From contig OZ024745.1 of NCBI GenBank assembly GCA_964016885.1, positions 66,836,001 to 66,900,000 on the forward strand: a stretch of DNA of 64,000 nucleotides, written 5' to 3'. Each line of letters opens with the position of its first letter. The first letter of the stretch is position 1. The translations under genes and the position numbers were made by a program. The notes beneath the pieces were generated by a model. It ran no database searches, was not told the origin of the DNA, and saw only the letters and a program-made list of their open reading frames with translations. This document shows, piece by piece, positions 53,701 through 64,000 of this stretch. This stretch comes from Eledone cirrhosa (Eukaryota).

Positions 53701-54533
53701 ATGTAACACCACGCTTAGCACTACGTCGATTATTGCTGATAACCAACAGTGATATATTCTGTTAGGAATAATATTTCAAACGGGACACTACTAAATAATT
53801 AAGTTTCTTTTAAGGTAGAAATCTATGATTCACACATACACAGTACTGTATCTACCAGAAGTATTTACATAATCTACTACTTATCATTCCATATATTGTA
53901 CTTTCATCTCAGCTGATCAAAAAGCATGTCAATGTAAAACTGCAATGAGGGTGTGATCATGTCACAGCTACTTCAATATTCAATGACATTGACTGACACG
54001 ATATATGATCACAGCTTAAAATATTCATAGTGTTACTGTGTGTTTATTGTATGTATACGCCTTCATGTGAACGTCTATTATGAACCAAGCTATGTTAATG
54101 ATAAACATGAAGTTTCTGAAGTTCTCACATCTGAAACCGCTAGAATGTAACGTCAAATTGAAACATTTAGACATATTTATTTAATTATATTGACAAAGTA
54201 ACGATAAGAATATTGAGTGCAATTTTTAAAAGTTTTAGCTGCTCTTTTTGCAAGGGTTAACTTTCCTTCCTATGTCAGTAACACGTTTTGTTAGTAAATC
54301 TGACACATAATCATATTTTCCACATCATTTAGGGTTTTACATCTATACTCCATAAAATACAGATTGCAATTAAATATGTTTCCCATCAGCACAGCTCTCT
54401 ATAAAATGTATATTCGTAAATTACATATGTATAATGTGTTGGGAAGGGGATGATTATCAAACACACATACATATATACAGTACATATATAAATAAAACGA
54501 ATTCGAAGAAAATATTAAACCTCTTCAGAGACG

Positions 54534-54577
<44 letters not shown>

Positions 54578-55994
54578 AATGTGTGTGTGTGTGTGTAAAG
54601 AAAAAGAAGTGTGGACATGTGTGTGTCTAGTTGTGTGTAAGCATGTAAATGTATGTTTATATGTGTGCAAATAAAATACTTATTGTGCATTAGAGACTTG
54701 GTTGTTTCGACTATCATGCTGTGTAGAATTAAAATATTAAAATGCCATTTGTAGGGTGGGTTTAGTATAGCAAAGCAACAGGATAGATTCTACAAAATTA
54801 TTATAAAGTTATTATCCTTGAAATAAACAAGGAATATATGACTATAAATTGTCATATGATTGCTAAACTCATTTCTCGGAGCACTATGAGACCTTTATAA
54901 TTTGATCACTTTATGTTACTAATTTTTTACCTCATTTACAATATCGCAGGATATAAATGACTTAGAGTGACAGAGGAAAAAGGAGTGTGTATGTGTGAGA
55001 AAGAGAGAGGGGAGAAGGGGCATGGAGAGAGATTGAAAGAGAGAGATGGTTAGTATATTTCGTGTTTCTGGGAAAGTCTAGTGACAGTAAAATAACTAAG
55101 ATGAACCTGAATAAGAAGGTATGCTACAGGCCAGAGTTTCATGTAAGGAACAGTAAAGAATCTGTGAGAGTGAATGAATACAACAATGAATTGTTCTACT
55201 AGTGTGGAATGTATCGTGTGGTCATAGGAGCAGACGACGTAAATATTGTTTGTGCATTATATGTGTAACATATTATATATCATCGTTTCATTAAAACAAA
55301 ATCTAAATACAGAACCAGAAAATAATGTACGAGCATGGCTAAACATTCTATAGAGAAATTAAACCATTTTACATTTCAGTATTCATGAATATCTTTGTCA
55401 TTAGAAACAGCTCCTATAATGCCTACCCACACATGTATCATGTTTACAAAACTTTAACCATATATTATGTAAAACAAACGTATGAACGTTTTCAAGTAAT
55501 TGTTCCACGAAACAATAATTTGGAGGACACAGAAGCAGACAAGCAACATGAAAGAGAAAAGGATACCAGATGGCAAAATGACAAAAGAAAAACAACGCTG
55601 AAGTTTGAGTGAAGAGGCAGTTGCAAAAATTGCAGATCGTAACGGTTTTGTATAGAAAGGTGAGACCACCAGAAAGAAGTGTTTATAAAAATGGTTTAAA
55701 TGTCTTCATATATTGTAAAAGAAAGTGCTGGCATGGTGAGTAGACTTGGATACAAAAGAGGAATTTCATCTCAGGACTAAATAGAGGAAACAAGAAGTAT
55801 ACAAAAAATGAGATTTGCATAAAGAATAATACCAGGAAATAGGAGAAAAGAAAATCAAAAGAGAATGGAGAAAATATTCATTGAAAAAGAGATGAGACAG
55901 ATAGAAAGAGAGGTGATTGCAGGTAGATGGAAAAAATCAAACCGATCAAGCTGCTTTACTCCTTCGGCATGATAACGCATATAATTAGAGATTA

Positions 55995-56180
55995 TTTTGG
56001 CAGTATTGGTAGAAGGTCGGACGTCATGCTTTGACGCATAGAGTTACGGCCCTTGCCATTCTGAGTTCAAATCCCGCCGAGGTTAACTTTACCTTTCATG
56101 CTTACGGGGTCGATAAAATAAAGTACTAGTAATACACTGGGATAATTGCTGGCCTTGTGCCAAAAGTAGAAACAAGTATT
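55995..56180 (+). mobile_element. tRNA-derived SINE
   Basis: Full family consensus. Confidence 0.88.
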
Positions 56181-57254
56181 AAGTGCAAAATCCATATTCT
56201 TTTTATCAGACTGAACCTTATAATTTAGGTATAAAACAATGATGTGACAGTTCGTCAGATATAGATCATTGAAATAAACGACTTCAATATATAAAATGAG
56301 GAACAGAAGCAGTTGCCATCAGATGTTCCCAGATAGAAAAATGGGGGGGGGGGCGAACAAGAGAAGGGCTGTTGAGAAATAATGGATTGCTGCTGGCAAT
56401 TTAAAATATAAAATCGTACATAATTATATATTTCAAGAAGGTGAACAATACTAACGAATTACTAAAATCATCAATTTCATTTATGTGTATGACATTTTAC
56501 AAAATGCAGTATAATTACAGTGATTCTATTATCGCCATTGAGAAAGCCCGTGTTCTGTAAAATAATTCGCAGCTCCCGGAGAATATATGCATAAGGGTCA
56601 CCCTTTGTTTCTTACGTGTAAGCAGGTAAAGTAATGCCAAGAGGCACCAATAACAATAGAATAAAGTCATGCATCAAGAGTTCCCTACTATGGAAATGTT
56701 TCTTTAATTCATACATTTTGACAAACAATTATGAGTTGGATCTTGAACATTTGGATTGGGACTTAAAACAATGATACTGGGCTTCAACAGAGCATATCGG
56801 GAGGAATGATTGCCAATAATAATAATATGTAAGCCACAATTATCGAGATTAAAAACATCACCGATGGTGAGGACATTGCTAAGTGCATTGACATCAAAAA
56901 GTAAAGATGGTTTGAAACTTAATGATGACATTTACTTCAACGCATTCCTAGTGGAAAATAAATTAGAAAAGTAATGATTCTATTATTGTGCACTGTAGAA
57001 TTTTTAAATTAACAAATTGAAATGAGAATTCCAGTTCATATATTGAGAGGTAATGTCAATTAAATGTGCTATTAGTATGTAACATCATGGTTTACGAAAA
57101 GGTACACGCGTAATCATTAACATAAATTACGCTCTTTTTCTACATACAGAAACATTAAATGGGAACAGTAAAGGAAACAATCTTCATTTCACGCAATGAC
57201 TTCTCATGTAGTGAGACGAAACAACATTTTCAACTCAAGCTTAAAGATCTAAAA

Positions 57255-57515
57255 GGTCTAAAGTCTGTCTCGAGCCCGAAGGCTCATCAGGATGGTGTTT
57301 ATCCCGGTGTCCGTAGCTTGAAGAGACTGGGATTACAAGACATCCCCTAGGCAATCCATCGCAGGGTTAAACTCCAGCTACTGACAAGTACTCATTTTTA
57401 TGTGCGTATGCTGGAGCAACGTGAAATGAAGTGTTTTTGCTCAATAACACAACACACAATCCAGTCAGGGAGTCGAAGCCATGACATTAACATTCAATAC
57501 TAGGCCATGCGCATC
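57255..57515 (-). mobile_element. V-domain-like SINE
   Basis: Minus strand: B box, ttgagcaaaaacacttcatttcacgttgctccag, aaccctgcgatgga (V-like), hairpin tail gagcc-ttcg-ggctc. Confidence 0.6.
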
Positions 57516-57635
57516 CTCTCCCAAATGAAAGGTAAAGATTTATCTTTCATATAAACCTTTCTAATGACAACGAATAAAATTTAGAGTCAGTTATTTCAGT
57601 GAATGCGAACTGATTTGCCAAAGCTTTGTCACATA

Positions 57636-57672
<37 letters not shown>

Positions 57673-57899
57673 ACAAACGTCAAGTACGCTTGAATTTAAC
57701 TCACATGAATACAAGACCACTTAAAAGCTGATATTGTCATAAAAGATCGTCTGAAGTAATATAATATATATATATATGTGGGGGGGGGGGGGTTGAATAA
57801 GGAATAAAACATCTTTGGTGTAATCAGATATAAGCACTCCACGAAGTGGGTACCTTAAGGTGTTACCTACCCGTATATGGTATCAGACGGAGTATCATT

Positions 57900-57995
57900 A
57901 TTGCCTTTCATCCTTACGGGGTCGATAAAATAAAGTACCAGTAATACACTGGGATAATTGCTGGCCTTGTGCCAAAGGTAGAAACAATTATTATA
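57900..57995 (+). mobile_element. SINE 3' half
   Basis: ttgcctttcatccttacggggtcgataaaataaagtaccag...gtagaaacaattatt. Confidence 0.85.
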
Positions 57996-60900
57996 AAAAA
58001 GAAGAGAGAGACGGTGTCACGTATACATCGTTAGTTTATTATCTCACCCTGTGGTGGTGTAACATTTATTTGATGTGTTGTCATCAGACAGGTATTGAAA
58101 AGTAATATAGAACTCGATGTTGGTAGTACGGCTGTATGCGAGTATATAACTGAATTTAGTTTGTGAATGTTATAAACATATTCATTGAATACCCACCAGC
58201 ATATATATTTAAAAATAAGTTAAATTTGTTTATAGTTATTAAAGGAGATTTTAATACTGTTCTAAGCAAACTGATAAATGTCTGTAGTTTCTTGCTTAAC
58301 ACATTTTCTTTACTGTACTTATAGTCTGCTAGAATATTTCTATTTGTTTTTCAATCAATTATTTTCTAAAACTTGCCGTCGTACAAAAATCAATTTCAGT
58401 GTTAAATGGTATATTAAAGAAACATTTCATCTGCTCATCTGGTTAATAGTTTTGTTTCAGATTCATATTTGATTAATTGATTTTTGTATTCAAAATATCA
58501 ACTATCACCTTTGCTAAGAATATTTCATATTTCCACCATGTTATCTGAGAGACATTGTGTTGTGTTATATTAAATGTCTTGCTTTTGTAGCAACTTTTTC
58601 GTAACTCTTAATGAAAAACAGATGAGTCTCCGTTCGCTTTTCGTGTACTCTATTAAAAAATATGAAATACGACGCTCCTCTGTTTGGAATAATCACTGGC
58701 CAGCTGGTTTTTATATCTTGTTGATATATTTCCTCGATTACATATATCATTATTATGCGTATTTATATTGGTGCTTCTTGATTAAATGCCGCCTCACTAA
58801 AGGAAAACATGAGAAATAATGATAAAGGACTGAATGCATAATATCGCCAAATATTTTCCCCTATGCGCTTACTATAACTATACATGAATTGACGGTATGC
58901 TGTATCATCAGATTATACTGCCTTAAACTGAGAGCTAGACAACTATCCATGTTTACCTGGAGTTATATTCTGTAACAAGCATGAAATTTGTTTGCTAACA
59001 ATGAAATATTGAAATAACCGACAAAAGATAGATTACTGAATATCGGGAAGATATTTACGTATTTCATTCTCTTTATTCCTACGTACTGACCTTTTGGCTA
59101 CTATCAAGTTTTCAAAACTTTACCAGCAAATGAGGTACTGAGTGCCCTGTGTTATCTGGTTTGCTTAATGTCGGGAAATCGTATGAAGGGAGATCCGGGT
59201 GGATAAAAATAAACATGACTAATATATCACTTAACGATGGTAAATTGAAAATATGCATCGATTTCTTTGCGTATTAGAATCAATAAAATAAAGAATCTTA
59301 CATTCTAATCCTACATTTTCATGATCGCTGTATTTCATCCAACTTGGGAAAAAGCAATTTATTTCGCAGCATCATTAAAAACCACATGATCATTTTGCAA
59401 GGATGCTTTTCCATTATCAAACAAGATCTATCCAAACTTCGTAGTTTCCGTAGGCATAAACTGAAACTCCCATAAAACTTAATATGTCTATTTGATAAGA
59501 CGAAAATGATTTTGAACGAATAATGTTTACACGAATATTTATTAAAAATGCCAAGATCCATTGAAATGACATAAACGAATCAGAATTTACTTATAAAGAA
59601 TGAATGAGCTATATAACATTTCACAAAATCGATTCCAGATACTGATTTTTTACAACTTGTAAGAGATGAAACCTTTTAATACAACAAGGCATAAATTGTT
59701 CACGTTGAGAAATATCTTGATTAAATAAATGTTTCGAGAGAAAAAGTAAAACACGATTGATAAAATATACCAACTGTTCGAAAAGCGAATATATAATTTT
59801 TCTTCACTCATTTCATCCATGTATGTTGAAGAAGCTCACATTTTCTTTGCAAGGCTGCCATCATATCTGAAGTGAGATTTATGGAAGGATTTATATTAAT
59901 TCCCGGATATAAATATCGCGAAGACATTAATGTATCAACTATCTAAATTCAATGCTCATAATCATGTTGAATCTTATTTATTTTAAATTATCTTTAGTTT
60001 TAATGGGAAAATACCAAGATATTTGTAGATGTGTTTATAAATATATATAACGAAGTATTTTGTCTTCAAATATGAAAAATCTCTGGCTTGATAAAATCCG
60101 TATTCAAAGTTTGAAATTCTATCTGTGACTACTAATATATATAAATTGTTAAAATATTCTACTAAATAATTACATTATAAGTGGAAATATAGGATCCAAT
60201 TTTCCAGCTAGGAACCTGAAAACTCGTGTCAAATATTTATATAAAGAGGACTTCTTTCATGAAATTAAATGAAATATACCTTCCAACATATGCCAGCATT
60301 TTCAGACCACCCAGAAAAGCACCAACGTATCATTGATGAAAATGAAAACATCTATAAGATTATATGTCTTCGGCCACTATGTCTTGAATTACACCCAGAA
60401 ATATATCTTAATGCACAATTGTTCAAGTGGTAAAAACACATTAATTGCAATGGAATTTGACATATACCGTGAGTCACACAATTTCATGGGTCGCGTTCGG
60501 TTACAACTGGATGTTGATCCAACAGATAGAGCCAGTACAGCCTTGCAGATGGTCAAATACGTTTTAGGAAGACATTTCATCATTCACAAGGCTGCACTGT
60601 CGCTGTCTACATCAACATTGCCAAACTTTATGAATATTATAAATGTGACTTCATAAAACCCCAACGAAACCACAATAAAGATTTTCATATATTTTAAAAC
60701 GTACAAATTTTTATACTTAATAAATTCAACATTTCATATTATTCAAGTTATTAAACAGGAATACATATCATGCATCCGGTTGTCATATACGCAACTATGT
60801 TTCTGTTTTAATATAATTGATACTGATATATATATTTATACGTGCATATGAGTATGCATGGTTGCCTTATGCCTGATTTAGACGTTCGGTACTCAACAGT

Positions 60901-61022
60901 ATATTTTCGGGGATTCCCGGAAAAGTGTCGTCAACTGCAACTTCACGTTGACTAATGGGTTTTAATGACATTTCATAGACAGATTCAATGTGTGGACGAC
61001 CATTGTGTATATAGGTATATTG

Positions 61023-61099
<77 letters not shown>

Positions 61100-61208
61100 T
61101 AAAAGGAATTCCAACTTTGTCTGATTTACTCGTTTTATTTACAATCCTTTAAAATGTATGGTATTAGAATGAAATAGTATGGTAGAATATTAAATGTTAA
61201 GTGTTAAT

Positions 61209-61247
61209 TGAACAAGTACTTTCATGCTTTCGCAATTTTCAGGTTCA
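61209..61247 (-). ncRNA. Hammerhead (family H), G8A variant
   Basis: tgaac-CTGAAAA-ttgcgaaagcat-GAAA-gtac-TT-gttca. Confidence 0.65.
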
Positions 61248-62960
61248 TAATGTGTGGTGACAGTCAAGTTTGCAATTTTCAACTGTAATGAGATGGGTAA
61301 ATTGTGTGCCTTATATACTGTGAAAATATGCTCCAGAATGCTAAATCTTGCAAACTGTTTTTCGACCAATCGGTGTGTAGTTTCACTGGATTACTAAAGC
61401 TGATTGGTTTAGGCGTCACGGTTGGTTGAACATGTCTAACGACTACTAATTGACCCTATCCAAAGCATCAATTGTTTTGCTATTTTTATAAATGATGAAA
61501 ATAGCATTTTCTAGTAATCATCACCATCAACATCACTTTCATTATTATTGTTGTTGTTGTTGTTGTTGTTGTTAGTGGTCGTAGTAATAGTCAAAGGGAT
61601 ACCCCATTATTATTGTTCATTTAGCTTGGGTTTGAATTTATCAATTCACAAAAGAGATGAGTAGTACCAACTTACCATTCCTAGATATAATGATAATCAA
61701 AAACGACACCACCATTACCACGGATATATATTATAAACACACAGACACCCATCAATATCTGGATTTTAAGTCGTGCCATCCACTTCATACAAAACGCAAC
61801 ATCCCATAGTGCCTAGCCAGAAGAATTTGTACCATTGTAGAAGATACAAATACCAGGTACAAAGGCCTAACAGAACTAAGAGAATTTTTGCTCAAACAAA
61901 AATACCCATCTCTACTTATAGAAAATGGCATACAGCTGGCTATAAAAATACCTATACAACAACTTAGGACAACCCAAGGAAGAAGAAACCAAGAACTGGT
62001 CATACCATTTATAATGACACACAACCCATGTCACCAGAATATCTTCAACACTGCCAAAGCAAACCTACCGATCATTGCTCAAAGTAATGAATTAAAAGGC
62101 TTAATCACAGATCGATCTTTAACACTTAGTAAAAGACAGCCGAAAAATTTGAAGCAATTACTAACAAAAGCAAAGTTTGACCTTAACAACAACGACCAAT
62201 CATTCACTGTATCTAAATGCAATGATAGTCGATGTGGCACATGTCAATCCATACACGCCGCTCAAAATATGAAAATAAAAACTGGAAAATTATTCCCAAA
62301 TGCAAATATGAACTGCAAAAGCAGAAATCTAATTTAATGCATTAAATGCCAGAATTGTGAAGAACTATATGTCGGTCAAACTGGAAATGCACTATCGGAA
62401 CGTGCACGGGTACACCGACAGCAAATCAGAGACCCAAATGTCCATCAGATACCCCTAAGTAACCATCTAGCAACATGTGGTCAGGGAATATTTATAATAT
62501 TCCCATTCTACACAACCCAAGTGAAATCAAGAGAAAAATCAAAGAAAAGAATTTTATTGATAAATTCAAACCCAAGCTAAATGAACAATAATAATGGGGT
62601 ATCCCTTTGACTATGACTACGACCACTAACAACAACAACAACAACAAAAATAATAATAATAATAATAAAAGTGATGTTGATGGTGATGATTACTAGAAAA
62701 TGCTATTTTCATCATTTATAAAAATAGCAAAACAATTGATGCTTTGGATAGGGTCAATTAGTAGTCGTTAGACATGCTCAACCAACCGTGACGCCTAAAC
62801 CAATCAGCTTTAGTAATCCAGTGAAATATCATACCGATTGGTCGAAATACAGTTTGCAAGATTTAGCATTCTGGAGCATATTTTCACTGTATATAAGGCA
62901 CAAAATTTACCCATCTCATTACAATTGAAAATTGCAAACTTGACTTTTATCACACATTAT

Positions 62961-62998
62961 CAACCTGAAGATTGCGAAAGCATGAAAGTACTTGTTCA
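62961..62998 (+). ncRNA. Minimal hammerhead ribozyme (family H)
   Basis: aac-CTGAAGA-t[tgc GAAA gca]t-GAAA-gtac-TT-gtt; palindromic AAGTACTT stem III. Confidence 0.82.
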
Positions 62999-63146
62999 AT
63001 AACACTTAACATTTAATATTCTACCATACTATTTCATTCTAATACCATACATTTTAAAGGATTGTAAATAAAACGAGTAAATCAGACAAAGTTGGAATTC
63101 CTTTTATTAATATAATCTTCTATACACAATCATACACACCCGTGTA

Positions 63147-63372
<226 letters not shown>

Positions 63373-63476
63373 TTCTACCTCGAGTTGCGACCGATAGATA
63401 GTATTAGAAATTGGAAAGACCAACGGAAACATTGTTTCCTCGGTCCGATTTGACGAAAGTCGATGGTTCCTAAAAC

Positions 63477-63900
63477 TATATATAACCAAAAGTTTATATG
63501 GTTCGTTGATTATTCAACGAATTTAATTTTACAATAATTTAGAAGCACTCGACAAGATTTTATCTGGAGTATCTATAATATTATTCAAAATATTAATAAA
63601 TGAGAAATATTATCATAACCAAAGTATATATGTTATTATACATATTTCAAAGGTACAATGGTGTTTCAGTACATTTCCATCAGATAAAATATATAAGAGA
63701 TTGGACATGCGACATACTACTGGAATTCAAGATGATTCAAGTACCTTAGCAGTATGTCGAATATCCAATCTCTTATATATTGTATCTGATGAAAACGTAC
63801 TGAAACACCATTATACCTTTGAAATATGTATAATAAAATATATACTTTGGTTATCATAATATTTCTCATTTCTTAATATTTTGAATAATATTATATATAT
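63477..63900. mobile_element. ORF-less fold-back element with hammerheads on both strands (family A)
   Basis: Arms 63477-63720(-) and 63722-63900(+); hammerheads at ~63625-63695(-, A9G) and ~63774-63844(+); short TA runs at both ends. Confidence 0.85.
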
Positions 63901-64000
63901 ATGTCTGTTCGTTTGTTTGTTTGTTCACGAACTCCTCCTATGGTTTTGGTTTTGGAGATAGACATATATATTCTGAAACTAAATTGCCCAGGGTACTTGG

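Larger units (their letters stand above)
61092..63114 (+). mobile_element. Penelope-like element (Neptune-like), 5'-truncated with ~555-bp inverted pLTR
   Basis: LPFLD, YYKHTDTHQYL..SCHP, LARRI, SKRQPKNLK, C..SRCGTC, NLI*CIKC..C..YVGQT..R..H over 61646-62590; arms 61092-61645/62556-63114. Confidence 0.92.

Noticed and set aside
57260-57300. CTGATGAgccttcgggc on the minus strand as a hammerhead
   Set aside because: Followed by tcGAGA rather than GAAA, with no stem I/III; it is the hairpin tail of a V-like SINE

Overview
AT-rich, microsatellite-dense eukaryotic DNA, most consistent with an octopus/cephalopod genome (inferred from the SINE families and repeat content; not database-checked). There is no intact protein-coding gene, and most listed ORFs are microsatellite artefacts. 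Recognisable content: 5'-truncated R4/Dong-like RLE LINEs, two of them in (CATA)n; RTE remnants; a Gypsy LTR remnant; three Penelope-like elements (two Naiad-like, one Neptune-like) with inverted pseudo-LTRs; two copies of a non-autonomous Helitron; more than 12 tRNA-derived SINEs; and weak traces of a decayed LGR/GRL101-type GPCR gene. The main signal is 16 minimal type-I hammerhead ribozyme motifs in 8 sequence families (CUGANGA...GAAA-[mostly palindromic stem III]-UH). Most sit in outward-facing fold-back elements whose 3' ends run into (TA)n tracts. Related fold-backs range from 31 bp to 2.7 kb and include ORF-less ribozyme-only elements and a tRNA-headed fold-back, suggesting a Penelope-driven family of non-autonomous ribozyme retroelements.
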